Source: Candidatus Latescibacterota bacterium (GTDB lineage: Bacteria > Latescibacterota > UBA2968 > UBA8231). Taken from it: 64,000 nucleotides of DNA. Within the stretch, counting starts at the first letter, position 1. Each line of letters begins with the position of its first letter. The position numbers and the translations under genes are program-made. The notes under the pieces were generated by a model. It searched no databases and was not told where the DNA came from. It worked only from the letters and a program-made list of their open reading frames with translations. Location: positions 3,168,001-3,232,000 of the forward strand of contig OZ244561.1 in NCBI GenBank assembly GCA_965217585.1, given 5' to 3'. This document shows, piece after piece, positions 8,887 to 19,071 of this stretch.

Positions 8887-9663
8887 ATGGATCTAGGACT
8901 GAAAAACAAAATTGCTCTGATAACTGGAGGGAGTCGGGGGATTGGTCGGGCGATTGCGTTGGCCTTGGCCAATGAGGGGTGCAAGGTGGCGATTTGCGCC
9001 CGCGACCAAGAGTCGCTCGAACGCGCATTGCAGCAAGTGCGGGCCACTGGAGCTGAAGCCATCGCCGAGGCTGCCGATGTGCGCTCGCGGTCGGACGTGG
9101 AAGCCGTTGTCGAGCGCTGTGCGGCCGAGTGGGGAGGCGTGGATATATTGGTCAACAATGTGGGCGGGGCGGCCGGTGGACAGAGTCTGCTCGAAACCGC
9201 TGATGAGGATTGGGAGGAAACCTTTGATCTAAATGTGTTCCACGCCGTGCGCACGACGCGGGCGGCGCTGCCCTACATGCGGCAGCGAGGCGGGGGCGCG
9301 GTGGTGATCGTATCGTCGATTTCGGGGTGGAAGCCGGGGCCTACGTCCCAATACGGAAGCGCGAAGGCCGCGGAGATTTTTCTCGCCGGTGCGCTGGCGC
9401 TGGAGCTGGCCGAATGCGGGGTGCGGGTCAACACCGTCGCGCCGGGATCGATATTTTTTCCCGGCGGCGGCTGGGCGCGTTTTCAGGAGGAACAGCCCGA
9501 ACACTTTGCACAGTTTGTGGAACGGGATCTGCCCGCTGGGCGCTTGGGGACCCCTGAAGAGGTGGCGGATGTGGTGGCGTTTCTGGTATCCGAGCGCGCG
9601 AATTGGATCAATGGAGCGATGATTCCCGTGGATGGGGCACAGGACCGGCCGACGGCGTTTTGA
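8887..9663 (+). CDS. SDR family oxidoreductase
   Basis: TGGSRGIG, NNVG and YGSAK motifs. AGGAGG RBS before ATG 8887. Confidence 0.92.
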   Translation: MDLGLKNKIALITGGSRGIGRAIALALANEGCKVAICARDQESLERALQQVRATGAEAIAEAADVRSRSDVEAVVERCAAEWGGVDILVNNVGGAAGGQSLLETADEDWEETFDLNVFHAVRTTRAALPYMRQRGGGAVVIVSSISGWKPGPTSQYGSAKAAEIFLAGALALELAECGVRVNTVAPGSIFFPGGGWARFQEEQPEHFAQFVERDLPAGRLGTPEEVADVVAFLVSERANWINGAMIPVDGAQDRPTAF

Positions 9664-9667
9664 TGGG

Positions 9668-9714
9668 TGGCGATTGTCGCCACCGCCCTCGATATAAAGC
9701 TCGGCGGTTACCAT
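9668..9714 (-). pseudogene. N-terminal stub of a DUF4276 (TOPRIM-like) gene
   Basis: MVTAELYIEGGGDNR overlaps the ATPase stop and matches the usual xYVEGGG start of DUF4276. It then runs into the antisense of the SDR gene. Confidence 0.65.
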
Positions 9715-10916
9715 CGATTGCCGCCCAATTGGCCCGAAGTCCAAAGATCGCCGAGACTGTATTCTTCCAGCCATTTTGCCAACTCGGCCTTGTCGAGCCG
9801 TCGCATCAAGGTCTGTCCAGCATGCTGTTCGCAGACCACGATGCTCTCCGGCTTGTCGGTCAGTGCGTCAACAAGCACATCCGAATGGGTCGTAACGATC
9901 AGTTGGCTTCGTTCGGATGCTTGGACCAACAAGTCGCTCAACGTGGGCAGCAAATCGGGATGAAGACCCAACTCTGGCTCCTCAATGGCGACTAAGGGAG
10001 GCGGTTCGGGATGCAGCAGAATGGCCAGCAGGCAGAGGTAGCGCAGGGTGCCGTCGGATAGGCGGCTCGCTGAAATCTGACGTCCGCCTTGTTCCTCCAG
10101 AAAAAGCGACACCGTCCCACCCGTCACCGGACAGTTGACGTCCACGATGCCGTCAAAGAGTTCCTGCAACGACGCGACGAGTTTCCTCTTGTTCTCCCCT
10201 TGGAAATGCGATAGTACAAGGGCCAAATTCGCCCCCCCTTCGTTCAGGAAATCGGAGGGGTCGTGCGTACTCTGGTTCCGGCGCAACTCCGCCGCAGGCC
10301 CGAATGACCAGTTGCGGTACAGGCGAATTCGCTCGTACTGTTCCTGTAGGCAGTGCAGCGAGGGGTAAGTTTTTGCGTCGCGGACCTGAGACAGAACGGA
10401 TTCTTCCAGCTTTGTTCGCTCGCGGTACATATTTAGACCAAGAGATTCAGACACGATGGGAGCGGAGTCAGAGAGGATAGGACGGGACGACGTTCTTTCA
10501 ACTCTCGGCTCAGTCTGGACATCGAATATGTGACGCCCCTGATGAAGGCGATAGGAGAACTCGGTCTCCGCGCATTCAATGCGCTCGTCGGTGACTTCAA
10601 AGCGTCCACCGTGTTCCGTGAATTCCAGCACGTGTTGTAAGTGACTATCCTTCTCTGGATCGTTGACGGTGGCTTCCATTGTCGCCTTGAGAGACGACTC
10701 GTCACCCCTCCAGAGCCATTCCCAGATTCCGCCACCTCGCTTGATCGGTCTCGCCAGTTCACGCGGCGCGGCCCTCAGCAAGGCCAGGACTTCCAGTAGG
10801 TTTGACTTCCCTGAACCGTTCGGGCCGATCAAGACATTCAGCGGTTCCATGGGCAGATCAATCCCCTGCGGCCCGAAGGACAACAGTCCTGAGACTTTCA
10901 GTCTATGTATCATCAT
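9708..10916 (-). CDS. ABC-type ATPase (AAA_21 family)
   Basis: GPNGSGKSN, LSDGTLR, IEEPELGLHP, TTHS and C-terminal LGDLW.SG.LGG motifs. Confidence 0.9.
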   Translation of the reverse strand: MMIHRLKVSGLLSFGPQGIDLPMEPLNVLIGPNGSGKSNLLEVLALLRAAPRELARPIKRGGGIWEWLWRGDESSLKATMEATVNDPEKDSHLQHVLEFTEHGGRFEVTDERIECAETEFSYRLHQGRHIFDVQTEPRVERTSSRPILSDSAPIVSESLGLNMYRERTKLEESVLSQVRDAKTYPSLHCLQEQYERIRLYRNWSFGPAAELRRNQSTHDPSDFLNEGGANLALVLSHFQGENKRKLVASLQELFDGIVDVNCPVTGGTVSLFLEEQGGRQISASRLSDGTLRYLCLLAILLHPEPPPLVAIEEPELGLHPDLLPTLSDLLVQASERSQLIVTTHSDVLVDALTDKPESIVVCEQHAGQTLMRRLDKAELAKWLEEYSLGDLWTSGQLGGNRW

Positions 10917-11018
10917 ACCGGATCCTCGTCCAGTTTAAAGCGCATATGGCCACGTTTGTCCATAATTTTGAAAATATATCCCCACTCTATCGGCGACAAC
11001 CGCACCGGGAATGGCCGC

Positions 11019-11055
11019 AAAAAAGGGAGCGGTTCCTGTGCGGTACCGCTCCCTT
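11019..11055 (-). terminator. Intrinsic terminator
   Basis: 11-bp inverted repeat aagggagcggt/accgctccctt with a T-run on the minus strand, downstream of the SDR gene at 11227. Confidence 0.7.
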
Positions 11056-11094
11056 GGCGTACTCTCTATCTCTCGGTTCTAAGCTGCCACTTCC

Positions 11095-11189
11095 ATCCGC
11101 ATAGGCATCACCAAAATATCTCGGCACCACTGATCGTGCTTCTAGTCGTCAGCATCGAGCAAGGCTAGGATTATCCCTGTATCGATCAG
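11095..11189 (-). pseudogene. PIN/VapC toxin N-terminal remnant
   Basis: Minus strand reads LIDTGIILALLDADD*KHDQWCRDIL: a VapC-like start with an in-frame stop, no start codon and no continuation. Confidence 0.6.
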
Positions 11190-11226
11190 ATCCTTAGCCT
11201 GCACGGCGTTGGTGAGCTTGCGAGCC

Positions 11227-12009
11227 TCACCCCTGAAACAGCGACAGCGCCCCATCGACGTACATCTCGGTCCCCGTAATGTAGCTGGCCTCGTCCGACG
11301 CCAAGAAGAGAATGGCGTTGGCGACCTCCTCGGCGCTGGCGGCGCGCTGTTGTAGGGGGATCATGCCCTGGGGGAACTCGCGGGGGATGCGAATCTTGTC
11401 GATGTCGCGGGGAAAAGTGTTCTCGCCGATGCTGGTTTTGGTGGCTCCAGGGCAGACGACATTGATGCGGATGTCCCACTGCGCCAGTTCGACCGCGGCC
11501 ATTTTGGCGAAGGTAACTTGGGCGGCCTTGGAGCAGGAATAGGAGGTGAAGCCGAAGTTGGAGAAGATGCGGTTGCCGTTGACTGAGGAGACCACGACGA
11601 TGCTGCCGCCACCAGCCGCGCGCAGATGGGGGATGGCGTATTTAACGGTGAGGAAGGTGCCGCGCACGTTGATGTTGTGCGTCTGGTCCCACTCCTCGGG
11701 AGTGATGTCCTCGATGGGGGCGAAGACTCCGTTGATGCCGGCGTTGGGCACGACGATGTCGAGGCGGCCCCAGCGCTCGACGGCGGCGGCCACCAGCTCG
11801 GCGACGTGATCGGCGTTAGCTACATCGCCGGGCAAGGCCAATGCTTGGCCGCCTAGTCCTTCGATTTCGGCGACAGCTTCCTCGCAACGCTCGGCACGAC
11901 GGGCCGTCAGCGCAATCTTGGCTCCTTCGCGGGCCATAGCCACGGCCGCGGCCCGGCCGATGCCGGTGCTACCCCCGGTGATGAGGGCCACTCTGTCTTT
12001 CAGCTTCAT
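11227..12009 (-). CDS. SDR family oxidoreductase
   Basis: TGGSTGIG, NAGING, SSVNGNR and YSCSK motifs. Confidence 0.92.
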   Translation of the reverse strand: MKLKDRVALITGGSTGIGRAAAVAMAREGAKIALTARRAERCEEAVAEIEGLGGQALALPGDVANADHVAELVAAAVERWGRLDIVVPNAGINGVFAPIEDITPEEWDQTHNINVRGTFLTVKYAIPHLRAAGGGSIVVVSSVNGNRIFSNFGFTSYSCSKAAQVTFAKMAAVELAQWDIRINVVCPGATKTSIGENTFPRDIDKIRIPREFPQGMIPLQQRAASAEEVANAILFLASDEASYITGTEMYVDGALSLFQG

Positions 12010-12093
12010 GTCGATCTCCTAAGTTGACGAAAAAATGTGGGCGGGATATCATTGAAAGCCCTTAAAATACATCCAGCGAAAGTGGAGACAATA

Positions 12094-13353
12094 ATGGAAG
12101 AAAATGTGAACCCGCACTCTCGCCCCTCGGATCTGAAGATCACGGATCTGCGCGTCGCCAATGTGCGCGGTGCGCCATTCCGCGCGACGATTATCCGCAT
12201 CGACACCAACCAGGGTCTCTCTGGCTACGGCGAGGTGCGCGACGGCGGTAGCCCGACCTACGCGCTGATGCTCAAAAGCCGTTTACTCGGTGAAAACCCC
12301 TGCAACGTCGATAAGCTCTTCCGCAAGATCAAACAATTCGGCCACCACGCGCGCCAGGCCGGCGGCGTCTGCGGCGTCGAGATGGCGCTGATGGACCTAG
12401 CGGGCAAAGCCTATAATGTGCCGGCCTACCAACTGGCCGGGGGCAAGTTCCGCGACCGCATCCTCTGCTACTGCGATACCCCCACGCGGCGCGATGGCCG
12501 GGAGATGGGACAGTTGCTCAAGGAGCGGATGGAGCGGGGGTTTAAATTCCTCAAAATGGACGTCGGCATTGGGTTGCTGCGGGGGATCGAAGACGCGCTG
12601 ATTGCCCCACCGGGCATGTTGGAAAGCCGCGACATCATGCACCCATTTACGGGGATCCAGATTACCAACAAGGGCATTGATATCCTCTGCGAATACGTGG
12701 CGCAGGTGCGCGAGGTGATCGGCTATGAAATTCCCTTGGCCGTCGATCACTTCGGCCACATTGGCGTCGAGTCCTGCATCCGCTTGGGCAAGGCACTGGA
12801 TCAGTTCAGCCTAGCTTGGTACGAGGACATGATCCCCTGGCAGTTGCCAGACCAGTGGCAGCGGCTTGCCGAATCAGTGGATACGCCCGTATGCACGGGC
12901 GAGGACATCTATCTCAAGGAAAATTTCTTGCCGCTCTTTGAACGGCGCGCGATTGCCGTCGCCCACCCGGACTTGGCCTCTTCCGGCGGAATTCTCGAAA
13001 CCAAAAAGATCGGCGACCTAGCGCAGGAGCACGGTGTTGCCATGGCGCTGCACATGGCCATGTCGCCGGTGGCAGCGCTGGCTTCGGTGCATTGCGCCGC
13101 GGCGACCGAAAACTTCATGGTGCTCGAAAACCACTCGGTCGATCAGCTAGAACAGTGGAGCAGCTTGGTCGAGGGCTTGCCGATGCCCCTGATTGAGGAC
13201 GGGCACATTGCGGTGCCGGAGGGGCCGGGGCTGGGCTTTAGCGGCCTCAACGAAGAAGTGCTGCGGTCGTTTGCCGATCCAGAGCAGCCGGAGATTTTTG
13301 GCCCCACCGAGGAGTGGGACGACGAGCGGCCACACGACCGCTTGTGGAGCTAA
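12094..13353 (+). CDS. Mandelate racemase/muconate lactonizing enzyme family protein
   Basis: GYGEVRDG, LKMDVG, DHFGH, W.EDMIPW and TGEDIY motifs. Confidence 0.9.
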   Translation: MEENVNPHSRPSDLKITDLRVANVRGAPFRATIIRIDTNQGLSGYGEVRDGGSPTYALMLKSRLLGENPCNVDKLFRKIKQFGHHARQAGGVCGVEMALMDLAGKAYNVPAYQLAGGKFRDRILCYCDTPTRRDGREMGQLLKERMERGFKFLKMDVGIGLLRGIEDALIAPPGMLESRDIMHPFTGIQITNKGIDILCEYVAQVREVIGYEIPLAVDHFGHIGVESCIRLGKALDQFSLAWYEDMIPWQLPDQWQRLAESVDTPVCTGEDIYLKENFLPLFERRAIAVAHPDLASSGGILETKKIGDLAQEHGVAMALHMAMSPVAALASVHCAAATENFMVLENHSVDQLEQWSSLVEGLPMPLIEDGHIAVPEGPGLGFSGLNEEVLRSFADPEQPEIFGPTEEWDDERPHDRLWS

Positions 13354-13355
13354 AA

Positions 13356-14414
13356 ATGACCTACGACATCGCCGTCCTAAAAGGCGACGGCATTGGACCG
13401 GAGGTCATGGACGAGGCCCTAAAGGTACTCAATGCGTTGGGAACGCCTTCCCTTACTTTCGTCGAGTACCCCTGTGGCGCGGGGTGCTATCTAGAGCAAG
13501 GGGATCCGCTGCCGGAGGCGACGGTGGAAGGGTGCCGCCGGGCGGATGCGGTGCTGTTGGGAGCGATGGGGTTGCCGCACGTGCGCTGGCCGGACGGGAC
13601 GGAGATGCGGCCACAAGTGGACTTGCGGATCAAGCTAGACCTGTACGCGGGGGTGCGGCCGATTTACCTCTATGCAGCCGCGCACACTCCGCTCAAAGAC
13701 TTAGAGGCGGGCGACATTGACTTCGTCATCCTGCGCGAGAACGTCGAGGGGCTTTTTGCCTCCATGAACGGCGGCATCCAGTTGCGCGGAGAAGTGGCCG
13801 TGGACTCTATGGTCATTACGCGCACTGGCACGGAGCGCGTGGTGCGCTACGCCTTTGAGCTGGCGCGGCAGCGCGGCCGGACGCCGATGAAGGTGACGTG
13901 CGTTGACAAGGCCAACGTCTTCCGCTCGATGGCCTTCTTCCGCAGCGTGTACGACGAGGTCGCCGCTGAGTACCCAGACGTCGAGCGCGATTACGCGTAC
14001 ATCGATGCCCTGAGCATGTACTTGGTGCAGCAACCGGCAGGATACGACGTGCTGGTCACAGAGAATATGTACGGGGACATTATCTCGGACTTGGCTGCCG
14101 GTTTGGTTGGCGGCTTGGGGCTGGCTCCTTCGGGGGACATCGGCGAGGAGGCCGCCGTATTCCAGCCCTCGCACGGCACTGCGCCCGACATTGCCGGGCA
14201 GGGGAAGGCCAATCCGGTGGCGATGATCCTGTCGGTAGCTTTGATGCTGCGCTGGTTGGGCCAGCGGCACGGCGATCCGGCGGCTGTTGCGGGTGCTGAT
14301 CGGATTGAAGAGGCGGTGCGCGCAGTAATCGGCGAGCAGGGCGTGGGGACGCCCGATTTAGGGGGTGCGTTGAGCTGCCGCGAGCTAGGGGAGCGGATTG
14401 TCCAAGCGCTCTGA
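13356..14414 (+). CDS. Isocitrate/isopropylmalate/tartrate dehydrogenase family protein
   Basis: GDGIGPEV, VDKANVF, ENMYGDI.SDL and HGTAPDIAG motifs. Confidence 0.9.
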   Translation: MTYDIAVLKGDGIGPEVMDEALKVLNALGTPSLTFVEYPCGAGCYLEQGDPLPEATVEGCRRADAVLLGAMGLPHVRWPDGTEMRPQVDLRIKLDLYAGVRPIYLYAAAHTPLKDLEAGDIDFVILRENVEGLFASMNGGIQLRGEVAVDSMVITRTGTERVVRYAFELARQRGRTPMKVTCVDKANVFRSMAFFRSVYDEVAAEYPDVERDYAYIDALSMYLVQQPAGYDVLVTENMYGDIISDLAAGLVGGLGLAPSGDIGEEAAVFQPSHGTAPDIAGQGKANPVAMILSVALMLRWLGQRHGDPAAVAGADRIEEAVRAVIGEQGVGTPDLGGALSCRELGERIVQAL

Positions 14415-14415
14415 C

Positions 14416-15534
14416 ATGGACCGCCGGACCTTTCTCGGGTTGGGTTTAAGCGCGGCTGTGTGGCCTGCGTTGGGCCGCGCCTCGCCCGTGCGGCCGGAGC
14501 GGGCGCGCCTGCGCGAGTTGGGCATTGTAATTGGCGAGTTGGCGACCGGCACCCATAACGCCATCACCGATGTCGAGGGCGTACAGGTCGGCCATGTGAC
14601 GCTGATTGAGGATGGGGGTCCGGTGCGCACCGGCGTGACGGCGATTGTGCCGCGCACGCCCGCGTTTGCCGCGGATTTTACGCTCAACGGCAACGGCGAG
14701 CTGATGGGGGTAGGCTCTATGCGCCGCACGGGCCTATTGGCCGGCCCAGTCCTTTTTACCAACACGTCCAGCGTCGGCGCGGTGTACGATGGGGCGGTGG
14801 AGTGGATGCTGGCGCGCGATCCCGACCTGTTCAAAAGCGATTTACAACCCGCGCCCATAGTCGGCGAGACGTGGGCTGCGTTTCTCCACGATGAGTCTGG
14901 GCGGCACGTGCAGCCCGCACACGCGGCTGCGGCCCTCGACGCGGCGCGCAGCGGGCCGGTAGCCGAAGGCTGCGTTGGCGGCGGGACCGGGATGCGGGCC
15001 TATAGCTTTAAGGCCGGTATTGGCACGGCGTCGCGCAAAATCCCCTGCGGCGATCAGCTCTATACCGTGGGCGTGTTGGTGCAGGCGAATTTTGGCCGGC
15101 GGCCCCAGTTGCGCGTTGATGGCGTCCCGGTGGGCCGGGAGATCACCGACCTAATGCCTGCGCGCGGCGGCAAGAGCAAGTCCATGATCGCGGCGGTGGC
15201 TACAGACGCGCCATTGCTCCCAAGCCAGCTCCAGCGCGTGTGCAAGCGAGTGGCTTTGGGTATGGCGCGCACGGGGGCGATTTCTACCCACGGCAGCGGC
15301 GATCTCTTGCTGGCTTTTTCTACGGCTTCTCCCGAGCCGTCGGATGAGCTCGCGATGCTGGCCGACCGTTGGATTTCGAGCCTGTTCCAAGGCGTAGTCG
15401 AGGCCACGGAGGAAGCCATTCTCAACGCGCTGACTACGGCTCACACCATGACCGGCCGCGCTGGCAATACCATTCACGCCCTGCCGCTGGACCGCTTGGT
15501 CGAGATTATGCGCGCACACGGCCGACTCAAATGA
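14416..15534 (+). CDS. DmpA/P1 family aminopeptidase with Tat signal
   Basis: MDRRTFL Tat motif. NAITDV.GV.VGH, NGNGE, GGGTGM, KAGIGTASR and SGD motifs. Confidence 0.88.
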   Translation: MDRRTFLGLGLSAAVWPALGRASPVRPERARLRELGIVIGELATGTHNAITDVEGVQVGHVTLIEDGGPVRTGVTAIVPRTPAFAADFTLNGNGELMGVGSMRRTGLLAGPVLFTNTSSVGAVYDGAVEWMLARDPDLFKSDLQPAPIVGETWAAFLHDESGRHVQPAHAAAALDAARSGPVAEGCVGGGTGMRAYSFKAGIGTASRKIPCGDQLYTVGVLVQANFGRRPQLRVDGVPVGREITDLMPARGGKSKSMIAAVATDAPLLPSQLQRVCKRVALGMARTGAISTHGSGDLLLAFSTASPEPSDELAMLADRWISSLFQGVVEATEEAILNALTTAHTMTGRAGNTIHALPLDRLVEIMRAHGRLK

Positions 15535-16514
15535 ATCGCTCGTGCCCAGCGGGCGATGCGGCGGGACCGCACAACGCCATTGTCGATGTGGCCGGAGTCA
15601 GCGTGGGCCACGTGGACATCCGCACATCCGACCTGCACACCGGCCTTACCGCCGTCGTTCCGTATCCGGCCGCAGTGGCCGAGCGCAAGCTGTTTATCGG
15701 TCGCTTCTCGATAGACGGCGGCGACGCTATGAGCGGCCTTGGGGTCGCCGAAGACTTCGGCACCTTTTCCTCGCCCATTGTCCTTGCCCCAACCCCGGTC
15801 GTCGGCCGGGTGTACGAATCCTTAATTCGCCACAGCTTGGGCCGCGACACCGGGCTATCGACCGTGGCCGGCTGGCCGCCGGTGGTCGTGGGGATCGACG
15901 ACACGGCTGTCAACGACCCTGTGCTCGTCCGCAAGGTCCTGACACACGCCCATGCAGACGAGGCGTTGACCAGCGCTGGCAGCGCGGTGCCTAGAGGTAA
16001 TGCCGGAGTCGGTGGCGGGTTGCAAGCCTTTGGCTACAAGGGCGGCATTGGCACGGCCTCGCGCCGGGCTGGCGAATATGCGCTGGGGCTGCTGATAGCG
16101 GTCAATGGGGGACGCGAGCTGCGCTTGGCTGATCGCGTCCTGCCGGCGGGCGAGGGGGCCGGGGGGCCGCAGACTTTTGCGGCGGTCGTGGCGACGGACG
16201 CGCCCCTAATCCCGCGTCAATTAGAGCGTTTGGCTGGTCGCGCCGCGCTAGGGCTGGCGCGGACGGGCTTGTGGAACCCGCATACGCGCGAGGGCCTCGT
16301 CCTCGCCTTTTCCACCACGGGCCTCGTCCAAGAGGAACCCCAAAGCCCGGTCGCACCTGTGCGGATGGTGGGCGAAGAAAGGCTCTACCCGCTCTTTGCC
16401 GCTGCTGCTGGGGCCGCCGAGGGTGCGGTAGTCGATGCTCTTTTGGCCGCCGAGACGGTCGGGGATCTCAAAGCCATGCCGCCGATCGGCTGGCCGGAAG
16501 GGGAAGACGATTGA
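15531..16514 (+). CDS. Divergent DmpA/P1 family paralog without a signal peptide
   Basis: NAIVDV.GV.VGH, KGGIGTASR and VATDAPL motifs. ATGA-coupled to the upstream paralog. Confidence 0.8.
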   Translation: MNRSCPAGDAAGPHNAIVDVAGVSVGHVDIRTSDLHTGLTAVVPYPAAVAERKLFIGRFSIDGGDAMSGLGVAEDFGTFSSPIVLAPTPVVGRVYESLIRHSLGRDTGLSTVAGWPPVVVGIDDTAVNDPVLVRKVLTHAHADEALTSAGSAVPRGNAGVGGGLQAFGYKGGIGTASRRAGEYALGLLIAVNGGRELRLADRVLPAGEGAGGPQTFAAVVATDAPLIPRQLERLAGRAALGLARTGLWNPHTREGLVLAFSTTGLVQEEPQSPVAPVRMVGEERLYPLFAAAAGAAEGAVVDALLAAETVGDLKAMPPIGWPEGEDD

Positions 16515-17638
16515 GCCGCAGCCTGCTCGACGATCAGGACGCGCTCAGCGCCTTCCGCGCTCGGCTCTTGGCTTGGTATCGCCAAAACAAGCGGCAGACG
16601 AGTTGGCGCGACAGCGACAATCCCTATCACGTCTGGGTATCCGAGGTCATGTTGCAACAGACCCGGGTGGATCAGATGGCCCCGTATTTCGAGCGATTTA
16701 TCCGCGCATTTCCCACGCTTCAATCGCTGGCCGCTGCTTCCGAGGACCAAGTGCTCAAGGTCTGGGAGGGCTTGGGCTATTATGCGCGGGCGCGCAACAT
16801 GCACAAGGCGGCCAAGCGCATGGCCTTTGAGTTGGGAGGCCGCATACCGGATACGTACCAAGAGCTGATCGAACTGCCTGGGGTTGGCCAATACACGGCC
16901 GCGGCCGTCAGCAGCATTGCCTTCGACCGCGATCACCCGGTGCTCGATGGCAATGTAACCCGCGTGCTCTGCCGCTTGTTGCGGATTGAGGAAGAGCCGG
17001 CCCGCGCCCAAGTCAAGGCGCGGCTCATCGCCGCTGGAGAGGTCCTGTTGGCTCGGGGCGAGGCCGGCGACTTCAATCAGGCGATGATGGAGTTAGGGTC
17101 GAGGGTCTGCACGCCGCAAAGTCCTTCCTGTCCGACGTGTCCGGTCGGCGGCTGGTGTCGGGCCAAGGCCGAGCTGGACGACCCGGCCTCCCTGCCGCGC
17201 AAAGCCCCGAAGAAACAGAAGCCGCATTATCACGTGGCGGCTGGCTTGATTCGCAAGGGCGACGAGTTGCTAATCGCCCAGCGGCCGGCCGGGGGGATGC
17301 TCGGCGGTCTGTGGGAGTTTCCCGGGGGCAAGCAGGAGTCCGGCGAGACCCTGCCCGAATGCTTGATGCGCGAGATCCGCGAAGAATTGGACATTGAGAT
17401 CGAGGTGGGTGAGCGGCTGACGAGCGTAGATCACGCCTATTCGCACTTCAGCATCACCTTACACGCGTTTGCCGCCCGCTATGTGTGCGGCACCCCCCAA
17501 GCGCTGGGTTGCGCTGCTTGGCGCTGGATCACGCCGGAGGCCTTGGATGACTTCGCCCTGCCGCGGGCCGATCGCTTGATCGTGGAGTTCATGCGCGAAC
17601 ACGCGCAGCAGATGGAGCTGTTTGGTGAAAAAAAATGA
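16511..17638 (+). CDS. mutY: A/G-specific adenine glycosylase with C-terminal Nudix domain
   Basis: WVSEVMLQQT, GLGYY.RARN, LPGVG.YTA, DGNV.RV and C-x6-C-x2-C-x5-C motifs. TTG start inferred. Confidence 0.93.
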   Translation: MSRSLLDDQDALSAFRARLLAWYRQNKRQTSWRDSDNPYHVWVSEVMLQQTRVDQMAPYFERFIRAFPTLQSLAAASEDQVLKVWEGLGYYARARNMHKAAKRMAFELGGRIPDTYQELIELPGVGQYTAAAVSSIAFDRDHPVLDGNVTRVLCRLLRIEEEPARAQVKARLIAAGEVLLARGEAGDFNQAMMELGSRVCTPQSPSCPTCPVGGWCRAKAELDDPASLPRKAPKKQKPHYHVAAGLIRKGDELLIAQRPAGGMLGGLWEFPGGKQESGETLPECLMREIREELDIEIEVGERLTSVDHAYSHFSITLHAFAARYVCGTPQALGCAAWRWITPEALDDFALPRADRLIVEFMREHAQQMELFGEKK

Positions 17639-18524
17639 ATTGCTAGCCGAGGGCAGACGCCGTGCACCTGGGCTGGTTTTGCGCGGGCTGTGCATGGGCG
17701 CGGCCGATGTGATTCCCGGGGTTTCCGGAGGGACGATTGCCTTGGTCACGGGCATTTACGACGAACTAGTCGGGACTATTGCCGCAGTCGATCAACGGCT
17801 CGTGGGTGCCTTGGTGCGGGGACGCTTGATCGAGGTGTTGCATCGAGTCAATGCCCCCTTTCTGGTGCCGCTGCTGTGCGGCGTGGGCTTGGCTATTTTC
17901 TCGCTGGCCAAGTTCATAACCTCGCTGCTGGCAACGCATCCCCAGCCTGTGTGGGGCTTTTTCACGGGGTTGATCTTGGCTAGCGCGCTCGTGGTCGCTC
18001 GGCAGGTCGCCGGATGGGGGCTGGCGCAGTGGGGGCTGACGGCTCTCGGTGCCGTGATTGGCTACGCCATCACCACGTTGGTGCCGGTCGAGACCGGTGC
18101 CGAGGGCTACAAGTTCGCGCTGGCCGGCATGGTGGCTATCTGCGCGATGATTCTGCCGGGAATCAGCGGCTCGTTTCTGCTGGTGGTCATGGGCAAATAC
18201 CAGCAGGTTTTGACCGCGGTACACGAGTTCGATTGGGCGATCTTGGCTCTTTTTGGCGTTGGGGCGGTTGTTGGTCTGCTGGGCTTCTCGCGGCTACTCA
18301 AGCATTTGCTGAGCCGCTTTCGCGCTGGTACCATGGCCTTGTTGGTGGGATTGATGTTGGGTTCCCTGCGCAAGGTGTGGCCGTTCCGCAACGCGCTGGA
18401 GGAAGGGCGCTACGAATGCGCGTGGCCGCAGGAGTTTAGCGGCGAGGTTTGGCTGAGCTTGGGGCTAATTGCGGTGGGAACTGTGCTGGTCTTGGCGTTG
18501 GAGCGGCTGGGTAGAAGGCGGTGA
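17622..18524 (+). CDS. DUF368 membrane protein
   Basis: MGAADVIPGVSGGTIA and AMILPGISGS motifs, multiple TM segments. Confidence 0.9.
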   Translation: MVKKNELLAEGRRRAPGLVLRGLCMGAADVIPGVSGGTIALVTGIYDELVGTIAAVDQRLVGALVRGRLIEVLHRVNAPFLVPLLCGVGLAIFSLAKFITSLLATHPQPVWGFFTGLILASALVVARQVAGWGLAQWGLTALGAVIGYAITTLVPVETGAEGYKFALAGMVAICAMILPGISGSFLLVVMGKYQQVLTAVHEFDWAILALFGVGAVVGLLGFSRLLKHLLSRFRAGTMALLVGLMLGSLRKVWPFRNALEEGRYECAWPQEFSGEVWLSLGLIAVGTVLVLALERLGRRR

Positions 18525-18665
18525 AACGCTTTCATCTAGCCATCAACTATTGCCGGATGAATGGCTTGTATGCACTCGGCGATCAGATCGCCGATCAGCG
18601 CGGCTTGGGGTGAGTCGGCTTGACATAGTGGACGACATGGGCATTATCGGGAAGGTCGTTTTCGT

Positions 18666-19050
18666 TCATGTGCCCATCAGCGATGTGAGATCGAAAGCAT
18701 CAATCTGTCTTTTCACCCCATCAAGCGTGTCGCGGCCGGCCACTCGCGCAACATCTATGGTGCTTAGACGGCGTTTGAAAATGACATATTCCACACCATT
18801 GGTTGCCAAGAAACTGAATTCCAAGGTGACTCTCATCATCGCCTTTCCAAACGGCACGTAGATTTCCATTGTCCACAAGTACCAGCCCTGCTTTTTGTGC
18901 GAAGGGTACTGACCTGATATACTGCCAAAAATCTTTTTCGGACGCCTCGTTCAATACAAAGCCATCGTCCTCGGCGTCGCTGCGCAGTACTTCAATCCGG
19001 CGCGAATAGTCTTTGTGGATTTTTCGCGGGTTTTCTTGTGTGACCGACAT
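18666..19050 (-). pseudogene. Frameshifted hypothetical gene, followed by a ~20-codon stub of a coupled partner gene
   Basis: ...IQFLGNQW continues plausibly in another frame as VEYVIFKRR...LMGT* (shift near 18797). The next ATG at 18669 gives MNENDLPDNAHVVHYVKPT and then ends. Confidence 0.5.
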
Positions 19051-19071
19051 TTGTATCCTCTGCTGTTTAAC

